Assembly (NCBI RefSeq): GCF_006345805.1
Contig: NC_043012.1
Coordinates: forward strand, 5,456,001-5,520,000
DNA: 64,000 nt
Reading direction: 5' to 3'
DNA from: Octopus sinensis
Taxonomy: Eukaryota
Made by a program: the position numbers and the translations under genes. A model generated the notes under the pieces. The model was given only the letters and a program-made list of their open reading frames with translations. It did not search any database and was not told where the DNA came from. Below are positions 52,490 to 64,000 of this stretch, one piece after another (within the stretch, counting starts at the first letter, position 1; each line of letters begins with the position of its first letter).

Positions 52490-52539
<50 letters not shown>

Positions 52540-52969
52540 TATATGTAATACACACACACACACACACATACCATACATATAACATTTGGAAGAATAATAG
52601 GGCAGCAATGCAATTGTTTCTTTCTTGTTAAAAATGGAATAAATTAGAGGTTAGGTTAAAACTTCAGTCTGAAATATGCAACATAGTTTGCAAAAGAAAA
52701 AAAAAAAATTCAAATAATATTCCAAGTGAAGAATTGTACAGACTGATTTCAAATCCAAGAATGCTTGTACATCACCAGCCTGCACAAGAGAGAGAGAGAG
52801 GGTGAACATGTGCACATTCAATATTAATGTCAGCAAGGAAAAATCAAAAAGGCAATTTACTCCAGAGCACACAACATATAAGAATATGTACACATTTGAG
52901 AGAATATTCTGTGTTGTGTACACAGGTGAATGTGGACACACACATATGTACATTTGCATGAGTCAATAA

Positions 52970-53005
<36 letters not shown>

Positions 53006-53576
53006 GGTAAGCATGTTTGCATATGGCATATGTATATTAATGTATGTGTGTGTGTGTTTTTTTTAATGTGTGTGCTAAACAGCATATGCACCATTAGTCT
53101 GCAACTACACACAATCAAAGTTCTGTCTAAATGGAAACAACACAAGTGTGAAGATGTGTAATAGAAGCAGCAGATTTCACTGGTAAACAGGTCCAAAGAC
53201 GTTTTTTTGGTAACACAACTTTCCCAAGAAGGTTCGAGTATCTGTTGGAACTAGTTTTGGTGGGTGTTGGGGGGATAGGATGGGGATGGGGTCCAATGAT
53301 GCCAAAGACATCCACAGCCAAGTAAAGAGAGATATGTTTTGCGTATGCACGTGCATGTTATGCATATTTTGAATGTGTATGTGTGTATGAAATGACCAGT
53401 GTCTTTGTTTTGTTTTGCTTTTTTTTTATTATTATTAATTCCCCCCCCCCCCCCCATTGAGATGAAAGGATTCATCCAGGTCAGTGCCTCTGAACCGAAG
53501 TCTTGTATTGCCTGTTATTAATTCCTTAGGAAAAGCAACGGAAATATATTTTACAAGAAATGCTGAATCGAAGGCT
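50890..53576 (-). other. Probable long CHD1 3' UTR (about 2.7 kb)
   Basis: No recognisable SINE over about 3.3 kb; minus-strand AATAAA at 50917-50922 followed by a U-rich tract. Confidence 0.5.
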
Positions 53577-53703
53577 TCAGTTATGTGGTTTGGAATCCTG
53601 TGACGTCTGTGAACGAGGAGGCATGTCTAGTTTTCTCTCTTTGCTGGAGTGGTAGTCTTTACGATCATCACTTCGCCGTTTCCTCTCTTGATATGGCACG
53701 TGG
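53577..53703 (-). CDS. CHD1: CHD1 terminal coding exon HVPYQERKRRSDDRKDYHSSKERKLDMPPRSQTSQDSKPHN*
   Basis: cttgttgcag|C...TGA; 127 nt. Confidence 0.87.
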
Positions 53704-56700
53704 CTGCAACAAGAACAAAAACGAAAGTATTAACAAATGGTATGAGAAAGAAACACAGAGACAGACAGATTTTCTGGTTTTCAGCAAAAATTATAGTATC
53801 AAGCCAACCCTAAACAGGTGCCACAGAATGGTATTTTATAAGAGTCACAATATCTTGGCAAACCTTCTATACATATCAACCATTTGACTGTATTCCACAG
53901 AAGGTTGATCCCAAATATTCTTTGTACCTTTCATCATCATAGCAGCAGCAGCAGTAATTCATTCTGTACAAACATCTAGCAATGTGCGAAGGCCCAAACA
54001 ATTACAGAAACTCTTTTACTTTCTGATTGAGAAAACCAACAACAAACTATCGATCCTTTACCTTATTAAGCGCAAAACTTTAGGGTAGCCATGATCAATG
54101 TTGGTGTGATAAAAGATAGCTCTGTAGAGATTATAGATGCTGGAGTGAAGATGAGTAGGTGTATGTTGTAAATAAGAGGTAAGATTGAGGGGAAATCTTG
54201 GCCAGACTCCTCACAAACAAGGTACACACAGACAAATTCTTGCAGATGGGTAACAGTGAAAGTGTGAGCAGAGTAAGAATGTTGTTGTCGGAGAAAAGTA
54301 ACTGAAGAGGTCGAGATGCGTGAAAGACTGATTAAACATAGACAACACACTTGAAAAATTTATAATTATTTCTTTATTGCCCACAGGGGGCTAGACACAG
54401 AGAGGAGAAACAAGGACAGACAAAGGGATTAAGTCGATTACATCGACTCCAGTGCATAACTGGTACTTATTTAATCGACCCCGAAAAGATGAAAGGCAAA
54501 GTCGACCTCGGCAGAATTTGAACTCAGAATGCAACGGCAGATGAAATACCGTTAGGCATTTCACCCAGCATCCTAACGATTCTGCCAGCTTGCCACCCTG
54601 AAAAGTTTATAATGTGAATAAGAATCAGGACTATTAGACAAGCCCTCTTTCAGACTGCTTCAATAACAACTGACAACAACTTCATAATCATGGCTGACAA
54701 TTTTAATAAACATGTCAGTATCTCTCTCTCCCACCACTCCCTACCTCATCACTTGCTCTCACTCATTATTCTTTCGCCTATCTTTAAAGCTATCCATCAA
54801 TCTCTCTCTCTCCTATTACTCCCTACTCCAGCTTTCATGACTGACCAGTGACACTGTTCTTTCTCCACTGAATAAGCCACAAAAACTATTTCCATCTCAT
54901 ACAGATAAATACACTAACATCTAATGTTAAGTGAAAAGGGAAATTTAAGTCAGTCAAAGGTTGATGTATTTTCAAAAAAACCTTTACAAATGTTTCAGAT
55001 GTAATTTTTATAGGTTTGTATTTGTTTTGCTCATAACTCACCTTTTATCACTGCGATCAGAGTGATGTTTGAAGTCGGACCTGTGGTGGTACCTGAAATC
55101 TCCACTCCGATTGTGAGAGTCAAATCTGTTGTGGGAACTGTAGCTCGAATTACTGCTCTGGAATGATACATGGTCACGATCTCGCCGATCATGATTGAAT
55201 CTGCAAACAGAAACATCAAAAGAGTGTTTTAAATGTCAAGCAGAACACCATTAACTTGTTTCAAGTGGAAAAGCAATAAATGAAAAACAATGGGGTGGGG
55301 TGGGCTGACCAATACATAACTAGATAAGCTTTAATAGCTTTGATTCAAAGGTTCTCAACCTATTTTGGCCAAAGCTCCCTTTTAACACTTGGAGTCACAA
55401 ATGACCCCCCCGCCACAAAAAATACTTTTATTTTTCAATATACGACTTATTTTGATATTAGCAGATAATGATTAAAAAATAAAGGACGCTGTTTTACATA
55501 TGCGCTTTACAGTCGGGAGTACAGATGCACAAATTAAAATGCAAAAAGAGAAAAACGAAATAATGAATTGAAAGTTTGGTAACTGCAATAATTTCCACCA
55601 TGTGGCACTTATAAGATCAACGTGTTGGCTATGAAATGAGTGCTCCAAAACGCTCCCCCTCAAGCTCCATATGGTCCCCATTGAGAACCTTTGGTGTAAG
55701 TGACAAACCCCTCAGATGATGAGCTGCAAATTTGTTATTCGCACTAATGTTGCATTATGCTTTGAGCAACATACAGGGTTATCCTTGATTAGCAGAAAAA
55801 CAAGTAGTCATATGGAAAGAATACTGCCCTCTTGAACAAAATACCAAATTCATTTAGTAAACGAATAAATAAAAGAGAGAATGACTCAGTACTAAGTTTG
55901 AAGAGATATTCAGACATTCTTACAATACCAGAATTAAAGACTAAACACATTTCAGCAAAACCATAAAAACTAATTAGATTCAAAGTAATCCTCCACTAAT
56001 CTTTAATTACCATGTTCTCACATGATTACACATCTACTAATTCTGTTCTCTCTTTCTGTACAAAATGCAAACACTATGACCCCTAGTATGGCTGTAAATT
56101 ATAGGATTTAAGTATAATCTGTTGCAAATACAATATTAAAATGTGGAACTGACTAAGTGCAAAGAATGAATTTGATAAAATCATTTGTTGATATGTATGA
56201 ATATGACAACTGTGCAGGTGGCAAGTAAAGAAACACCGTTTCGACCCTGTGCTTGAGGAAATCCATTGAGTCAAGTACACCGACATCAAAATCAATGGAA
56301 ACTGCAGTTGTGATCCCTGTGCCGGTGGCACGTAAAAAGCACCATCCGAACGTGGCCAATGCCAGCGCCGCCTTGACTGGTTTCCGTGCCGGTGGCACGT
56401 AAAAAGCACCAATCCGATCGTGGCCATTGCCAGCCTCGCCTGGCACCTGTGCCGGTGGCATGTAAAATGCACCCACTACACTCACGGAGTGGTTGGCATT
56501 AGGAAGGGCATCCGGCGGTAGAAACACTGCCAGATCAGACTGGGCTTGGTGCAGCCTTCTGGCTTCCCAGACCCCGGTCGAACCGTCCAACCCATGCTAG
56601 CATGGAGAAAGGACGTTAAACAATGATGATGATGATTGGTTTGAACTCATAAATGAATGGTGTATGATGGGTAAAAAGATAGAGGTACTCAACACAGATA

Positions 56701-56789
56701 AACCAAGAAACAATTAAATCAGATCTGAGAACTCAGAACTTTACAGACTGAGGATGCTGTATTGCAGTCTAATCCAAAACAGACCAGCA

Positions 56790-56842
<53 letters not shown>

Positions 56843-58694
56843 GGTAGTGACAATTTAGAACACACCAAGACAAACTGGACAATTCTGCAACTATAAATAC
56901 TGACATGAATTTAGGGAGCGAGTGTTTCCTCATGCTCATACTATAACAGACATCTGTGATGATAAAATAATGTAGCTTCCATGTTTTTGAAGGCACATGG
57001 ATTGTAGCAGTTGTAATTCTCTGATCTCAAGCAGCTTTGAAGTTGTGTCTTTGAAGGAAAGGTGGCCATTTTCAAATATGATGGGCATTCATAAGCAAGC
57101 AAGCACTTATGTGACCAAAAGCAAATGCCGTGCAGAACACAGATAAAGCAATGCACCATATTCATAAGAAAACATGCAGAACTCACATACTGAAAGATGG
57201 GGAAAAAAAGACATAATGGATATTAAATTGTGAGGGTGGAGTTAGAAACGCAGAAGTTAAAGAATACCAACCTGTGGTGATGGTCACTCCCATGATATCC
57301 TCGATACATGTCGGGCTGAGAATGTGACACTCTGTTGTAAGTACTTGAGCCACTGTCATACCTGCAATACGAACAGTATCTGGATGAAGTCACAAATCTA
57401 AAACAACTGAATGTTAATTAAATAACTGAGCAGGGGTTAAGAGGTTTACTTCACAGGCACATGGTTCCAAGATCAATTCTTCTGCATGGCATCTTGGATA
57501 AGTGTTTCCAGTCATAGCCTCAGGCTGATCAATACTTTGAACTTTGGTAAACAGAATCTGTGCAGAAGCCCATCATGTGTGTGTGTGTGTGTGTTGACAA
57601 GAGGTTTTCATGATTAAGTCAACACATCAAACACCAATATTTTAAAGCATTTTATATCGGAGTTACACCTTTATAATCAGGTGGACTTAGTCAATTGATA
57701 AAATAAGTATCAGATGAAGTACTGGAGCTGATGCTCTTGCAGGGCAGCAGTCAAAAGACAAGAGAGACAGAAAAAGAGAGTGAATCGGAAGAGAGAAAGG
57801 AATTATACAAAGGGAGAAAGAAGAGCAACTCCTACCTGTTTAACCCTCTTTATCTTGATATAACTGAATTTGTTTGTTAAGGTGGATGATTGTGATAGTG
57901 TACTTATTTTTGTGGATCTTTATCTTTCTTTTTATATGTCCATTTTCCATGCTGGCATGGGTTGGACAGTTCGACAGGAGCTGGTTCACTGAGGAGCTGC
58001 CTGGACTTCAAGTCTGTTTGGCATAGTTTCTACAGCTATTAGGTTGGTGCATAATTATGGCGGTTTTTTAAAAAATTTTATTCAACAAAAATTTAAACAA
58101 AACCCCAGCAGAAATTGAAGTAGATGGTGAATATGTTCAGGAATAATCATTTAAAGATGTTTTTGTTAAATGTTGTTATTGTTTTTGTTGAATAAAATTT
58201 ATTGAAAAAATACTGCAATAATTATGCACCAACTGAATAGATGGAATACTGGGATGCAGAGGACATGCCTGTGCACAAGGACAACCCCAATTTTATTTAG
58301 CTTGATGTGTATTCTCAAACACAACAAACCAGCAGGAGTCTCATACACTTGTCATCCCATCTGTGGGACCCTACATCTGAAAGTCCATCCCCTCAGTGAG
58401 GCCCTATATATACATATTAGTATGGTCGCACATATTTATTCATTGAAAACCATAAAAATTGTTAACTACACTTAAACATTCATTTGTTTTTGGGTCAGTA
58501 TTTTTATCATACTAACTGCAACCTCGTGGAAGAAATGTGAAAATGATGTCGAAAGGTTTTTGTGCATTTTCTGAATGGCTAATATGTGTCTTCTGTGCTG
58601 CAATCATTTTAATTTCAACACTAGGACTCGGATCAAATCCCTAACCAAGCAAGTACATCTTCGATGTGTGTAGGGTGTGTCTCTCGCCCTCTTT

Positions 58695-58730
<36 letters not shown>

Positions 58731-61595
58731 TCATCATCATCATCATTTAACATCAGCCGAGTTACTCCCAAGTTACTTCTCTCCTAAAGGTATCCAACAA
58801 CAACTTAAACTCATACATACCTGTTTCTTTTCTGATCCCCAGTCCTCGATAAAGGACTAGAATGCTGCCATCTTTCTGGGTGTGGATTCATGTTGGATTG
58901 AAGAGAATCATGACGATTCGATTCTCTTCCGGAATTACCTAATAAATTACGGAATGATGTTGGATGATTTATATTAGAATTGGAAGAACTATGCCATGGA
59001 CCATTGCTGTGAGAAGATGTGCTGTGGAAAAAAAAAAAAGTAAACTCATTTAGATACAACATAGTTTGAACACTTTCAACAATAAATTGGTGCTTATTAT
59101 TTTCTTTAATCTTTTCACAGATTTCAATTAATGGATTGCATATAAAAGTTTTCGTCTAGAAGCCATTTTATTAGCCTCATACAGGACTAAAAGCTAAATT
59201 GATTTGCCATAGAAGAATGTCACTAGGAATGAATTAAATAACACAAGGTATTTCCATTCCATATAAATTTTGTTCAGTTATCAAGTATGCTTATGTGGTA
59301 AGAAATTTGCTTTCCAACTAAATGGTTCAGAGTTCAGTCCCTCTGTGTGGCACCTTGGGTGCCACAAGCACAACATAATGCCAAAGGTCTCAGTTATTGC
59401 CTCCAAAAGGCCCAACACTCGAAAGAAACTCAGCCACTATGCCTCCATGAGGCCCAATGCTCGAAAGGAACTCACCAATGTGAGGCCGAACGCTTGAAAG
59501 GTGCTCTTAACGTGCCAATTACATGAAACCAGCATCATCCATGACTACAATTTCACTTGGCTTGACAGGTCTTCTCAAACACAGCATACTGCCAAAGGTC
59601 TGTCACGCTTCACTACCTCATCCCATGTCTTCCTGGGTCTACCTCTACCACAGGTGCCTTCCACAGTTACAGATCAGCACTTTTTTACAGCTGTCCTCGT
59701 CCATACGCATCACATGGCTATAACAGTGCAGTCGTCTCTCTTGCACACCACACCTAATGCTTCTTAAGCTTAATTTTTCTCTCAAGATGCTTACATGCTG
59801 TTGAACATGCTCACTGTCATTGCACATCCAGCAAAGCATGCTGGCTTCATTTCTTTCAAGCCTACACATGTCCTCAGCTGTCACAGCCCATGTTTCACTG
59901 CCATGTAGCATACCTGTTTGCACAAAGGCATCATACAATCTGCCTTTCACTCTGAGAGATAGGCCCTTTGTTGCCAGCAGAGGTAGGAACTCTCTGAACT
60001 CCTACCTCTTAATCTCATTCGCACAGCTGCGCTCTCGTTTGTTTGTTTGATAGCTGTTTTTCTATGCTAACATGGGTTAGATCAGGTATGGGAGATGCAC
60101 CATTACATGGTTGCTTAACATAGTAAAAACAGCAGCCAAATTAAACTCAGATTGTACCTTCATATCTTAAGAAAAGAAGCTGCGCATTGAAAACGAATTC
60201 TAGAAACACCATGCTTGAAAAAAATGAGAGAACGGTTACAATTGAAAGGCATTTCATTAGGACTGACCTGGGGGCTAATAACAAGCTTGTGGATCCTTAA
60301 TACAATAGAATATCAATCACATTAACAGATATTTGGCGTGTCAATTGGATAGCAGAAATCCATCAAAGAATTGACTATATACATAGATATATATGTGTTT
60401 GTGAGGAAAAGAGAGAGTGAAAGAGAAAGAGTGTTAGTAGCCTACCTGTCTCGGCTTTTGTCACCCCAGTGATCAGAACCATACCGTTTGCTACCATCTT
60501 TCCGCTCATTTTGAACATGCGGCCGTTTTGCAATTTTGTAGTTGGATAATTGTTTGTTTTCAGGAAACTTGGGTTTCTAAACAATAAAAAAAAGAGGATA
60601 CATAATATTGTACATAAACATCATCATCTACACAAATTAGGTACTGTATTGTGTGTGGGTGTGTGTGTGTTGTGTGTGTGTGTGTGTGTGTGTGTGTTTA
60701 TATGTATATATATATATTATATATATATATTAAGTATGTAGAAAATACAACATGGACATAAACGCATAACTCATAGAATACGATACAACAAACATGGACA
60801 GGACATTCGAACCCCTCAGTCTTCAGTCAGAACCGGATCTCGTATTAATTTCGGCTGATTAATCTGCATTACTGATCACGGCAGCCCTCCAAGAAAAACT
60901 AAGCTGGAAGCGTAGATTTCCTGAAGAAGGATCGAATGCATACGACACCCAGGACAGCAAAAGGGACAGATATAAAAAAAAAAACAAACAATAATGGAAT
61001 ACAGAAACATGAAATACAGAAGCATTAACGGTGAAAACAACAAGTGTCTTACGACTGATAACAAGCAAACAAATTTTTTCTCTCTGGCGCATTGGAAAAA
61101 GCCTTATATCGGCGGACGAAGAACACGATGTTACACGACGAGGGTCAGGAGCTGAAAGGCAGATTTCGGCCAACAGTCACGTGACAAGAAGAGGGAAAAG
61201 AAAGAAAGAGAAGAGAGAAAGGGGGACAAAACGCACACAAAGAGAGAAGAGAGAGAAAGAAGAACAGAGAGGAGAAGGGATGGGTGTCGAAGAATGACCT
61301 GTGAGTGCAGAGCGAGACAAAGAAATAGGAGGTAGTGGAAACTAGACCAAAGGATCAGAGGAAAGAGAAGATGATAGAGAGAAGTAAAAATGAAGAGAGA
61401 GAGAGACAAACAGAGAGTCTACCAATTATTAAGAATATGTGTTCACATTTGATAAAGGGGTACGGGGCGCCTGAATATATGTTAAGGTATGTAGAAAATA
61501 CAACATGGACAAACGCATACTCATAGAAGACGATACAACAAACATTGACAGGACATTCGAACCCCTCAGTCTTCAGTCAAAACCGATCATCGTAG

Positions 61596-61635
<40 letters not shown>

Positions 61636-63132
61636 ATATATATATCATCATCATCCTCGTTTAGCATCCGCTTTCCATGCTGGCATGGGTTGGACGGTTC
61701 AACTGGGGTCTGGGAAGCCAGAAGGCTGCACCAGGCCCAGTCTGATCTGGCAATGTTTCTACGGCTGGATGCCCTTCCTAACGCCAACCACTCCATGAGT
61801 GTAGATATATATATATATCATCATCATCATCGTTTAACATCCATTTTCCATGCTGGCAAGGGTTGGATGGTTCAACTGAGGCCAGGAGGCCGCACAAGGC
61901 TCCAATCTGATCTGGCATTGTTTCTACAGCTGGATGCCCTTCCTAACGCCAACCTCTCCGAGAGTGTAGTGAGTACTTTTTACATGTCACCGGCACAGGG
62001 GCCAGAGGGGGCTGGCTTCAACCACATTTGGATGGTGTTTTTTACATGCCACCGGCACGTGAGCCAGAGGGGGCTGGCATCGACCACATATGCATGCATA
62101 TGCAATGAGTTTCTTTCAGTCTCCACCCACCAAACCCACTCACAAGGCTTTATCTCACTCTTTTTCATGGAACCTGGTTGAGAAATGTTGCTTCAATCCT
62201 TTAGCATTCAGATTACTCTGTTAAATGGCATGCATGGTTATGCACAGTTTTGAATTAATCATGCATTATCTCATAACTTCAAGATTTTGGTGATGTTATT
62301 TATTTTTAGAATGACATTGTAAGGTAGGTGTGACAGGCCAGATCTGGTTGCTTTGATTGTAAAATGGACAAAATATTTCACGTTAATATAGATTCTTTTC
62401 TACTCTAGGCACAAGGTCCGAAATTTTGGGGGATGGGGGCAGCAGTTGATTAGATCGACCCCAGTATGCAACTGGTACTTAATTTATCGACCCTGAAAGG
62501 ATGAACAGCAAAGTCGACCTCAGCAGAATTTGAACTCAGAAAGGCAGCAAGCTGGCAGAATCATTGGCACACCGGGCGAAATGCTTAGCAATATTTCGTC
62601 TGCCGCAACGTTCTGAGTTCAAATTCCACCAAGGTTGACTTTGCCTTTCATCCTTTCGGGATCGATATAATCGACTTAATCTGTTTGTCTGTCCTTGTTT
62701 GTCCCCTCTGTGTGTAGCCCCTTGTGGGTAGTAAAGAAATAAGAATCTGAACTCAGAACATAAAAACAAAATACTGCTAAGCACTTTGCCTGGCGTTGCA
62801 ACGTTTCTGCCAGCTTGCTGCCTTAATATAGATTCCAAACACAAACTTGATCATGATATGATTACTTCACTAAATTCTTCATTATTATCAAAATTACTTG
62901 AAATCAAAGCCAGTGTATTTTAACAGATGCTAAGTAAGAAAAAGGTTAAATGCGCCTCTTGTTGCTTTTTAATTTTTCTGTGTTGAATTATTGTTTATAA
63001 TGTCAAATATAAAAACTAACCTTCTCTCTTTGTTCTTGTTCCTCTTCTCTTTTCTTTACAGCAGTGCGATACAGTTTATACAGCTTTTTTGGAGAAGCTT
63101 CGGCAAATTCCGATACAAATATCCACAGATAA
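53577..63132 (-). CDS. CHD1: Chromodomain-helicase-DNA-binding protein 1/2, 3' part: complement(join(53577-53703,55042-55200,57272-57397,58821-59021,60446-60576,63021-63132))
   Basis: YLWIFVSEFAEASPKKLYKLYRTAVKKR matches the CHD1 CHCT/DUF4208 end ([28 protein letters not shown]). The later exons splice in phase into a typical H/D/S/R-rich CHD1 tail. Confidence 0.92.
55042..55200 (-). CDS. CHD1: CHD1 exon FNHDRRDRDHVSFQSS...KHHSDRSDK(S)
   Basis: gtttgcag|A...AG|gtgagt; 159 nt. Confidence 0.88.
55346..55693. mobile_element. hAT-like MITE
   Basis: Perfect 13-bp TIR caaaggttctcaa / ttgagaacctttg; no clear 8-bp TSD. Confidence 0.6.
56240..56640 (+). mobile_element. Retroposon 3' module with a variable tandem-repeat body and (GAT)n tail
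   Basis: ggcattaggaagggcatcc...cccatgctagcatgg...aaacaatgatgatg; more than 15 copies in the window on both strands. Confidence 0.8.
57272..57397 (-). CDS. CHD1: CHD1 exon FVTSSRYCSYCRYDSGSS...YHGSDHHH(R)
   Basis: gttttag|A...AG|gttggt; 126 nt; frame-preserving alternative acceptors would start the exon at 57379 or 57361. Confidence 0.8.
58039..58237. mobile_element. Mariner-type MITE (same family as 11180-11430)
   Basis: TA-ttaggttggtgcataatt ... aattatgcaccaactgaa-TA. Confidence 0.85.
58821..59021 (-). CDS. CHD1: CHD1 exon TSSHSNGPWHSS...LSRTGDQKRN(R)
   Basis: ttttccacag|C...AG|gtatgt; 201 nt; phase 2 to 2; open. Confidence 0.87.
59370..60000 (-). mobile_element. RTE-clade LINE remnant (C-terminal ORF plus 3' region)
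   Basis: KGRLYDAFVQTGMLHGSETW...ERRLHCYSHVMRMDEDS. Confidence 0.85.
60446..60576 (-). CDS. CHD1: CHD1 exon KPKFPENKQLSNYKIAKRPHVQNERKDGSKRYGSDHWGDKSRD(S)
   Basis: ttgtttag|AAA...AG|gtaggc; 131 nt; phase 0 to 2. Confidence 0.87.
60734..61588. mobile_element. Non-coding element bounded by about 105-bp direct repeats (60734-60839, 61487-61588)
   Basis: gtatgtagaaaatacaacatggac...cgaacccctcagtcttcagtca occurs twice; TA microsatellite flanks. Confidence 0.7.
63021..63132 (-). CDS. CHD1: CHD1 exon YLWIFVSEFAEASPKKLYKLYRTAVKKREEEQEQREK
   Basis: tttgtttcag|T...AAG|gttagt; 112 nt; phase 2 to 0. Confidence 0.93.
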
Positions 63133-64000
63133 CTGAAACAAAAGAAGTTTTACTAATTTCAATTTTGGTGTCTTTTGTAAAATTTTTGGTTTTAGTTTTG
63201 TTTCCTTTCATCCTTTTCTCTTTTCTCGGCAATCTCATATATTTTGATAACGGTGCCATTAAAACACATGTCTTCAGAGTCAATTGCTTGAGTGACACAT
63301 TTCATTAAAAGTGAATAAAATATTCTACACGAACCAACTAGAAAGAGCAACCAAATAAAAAAAGAGAACACATATAGCATAATGTAGTCCGAGGTGTTCT
63401 ACTTCTGAATAAAAGATGGGATGGTCACAGTTGTTAATTCATTGGTTATTGGCTGGCACATTCAGGCCTGGAGCCATTTTCTATGGTGTTTATGTATTTG
63501 TATATATATGAGTGTGAATGACTAACAGTTGTCCGTGCATGTAAGTCTCTTTCTCTCTACTACACTGATGTTGTCCAACAGAAAGGTGTCACTTAAAAGC
63601 TGATACCAATATCATCACATGACATGTTGCTATCAAAACATAAAGAGTCAGTGCAGACACCTCAAGATATCACATCTGCTGCTCAAATAGTACTGTCAAT
63701 ACACTGCCCTAAATTGTTACCCCCTTTTTTTTTTCTAATACTGATCCCCCAAATAGAATGAAAGACAAAGCTGACTTACAGCTGGATTTGAACTGGAGTA
63801 AAGTGAATCAGAACAAATACAAGACATTTTATTCAATACTCTAACAAACTCTTCCAATTCACCACCTGGAGCTCAACAACAACAACAACAACAACAACAG
63901 CAACATTTGACATTCTACATTGACTAATCATCAAAGTGTGACAAGTATCACTTTTACAATCAGTGAAAAGGGTCAGCAAAACTCCAAAATGAAATACCAT

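Noticed and set aside
54066-54330. Phase-compatible minus-strand ORF as an alternative CHD1 last exon
   Set aside because: Hydrophobic, unlike CHD1, and looks like a decayed repeat; 53577-53703 fits much better.
55031-60584. Alternative-frame ORFs in CHD1 exons (MFRNPSFLKT..., MTVAQVLTTE..., SIMIGEIVTM...) suggesting a different or overlapping protein
   Set aside because: The shifted frame hits TAA in the 58821-59021 exon and TGA at the start of the 57397 exon. Open shifted frames are expected from CAT/GAT/CGN-rich coding sequence. Only the H/D/S/R frame joins the CHCT exon.
60800-60840. CTGAAGA in the direct repeats as a complete hammerhead
   Set aside because: No pairing stem II, GAAT instead of GAAA, and no NUH triplet in register.
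63192-63324. Short ORF ending IKIYEIAEKREKDERKQN*, faintly like the CHD1 exon YKLYRTAVKKREEE (a duplicated or alternative exon?)
   Set aside because: No splice donor, a weak acceptor, and the similarity is explained by purine-rich composition.

Overview
AT-rich, microsatellite- and transposon-dense animal genomic DNA. The repeat landscape looks like octopus/coleoid cephalopod (inference from pattern recognition, no database search). Two intron-rich genes lie tail-to-tail. (1) On the + strand is MAP2K5/MEK5: 15 well-supported coding exons plus one candidate 12-nt microexon, from just after the PB1 domain to the stop at 44610; its 5' exons are outside the window. (2) On the - strand are the last 6 coding exons of a CHD1/CHD2-type chromatin remodeller (end of the CHCT/DUF4208 domain plus an H/D/S/R-rich tail, stop at 53577). 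Nearly all ORFs in the supplied track are microsatellite or repeat artefacts, or short read-throughs around real exons. Introns hold several SINE families, RTE and CR1/L2-like LINE remnants, decayed mariner (DD34D) and maT (DD37D) transposons, piggyBac-, mariner- and hAT-like MITEs, Helitron-like elements and a gypsy protease fragment. The best leads are a hammerhead-ribozyme-like motif in both arms of a 245-bp inverted repeat, the candidate microexon, several long intronic dsRNA-forming inverted repeats, an apparent template-switch hairpin, and a LINE/SINE shared 3' tail. There is a 100-N assembly gap at 50601-50700.
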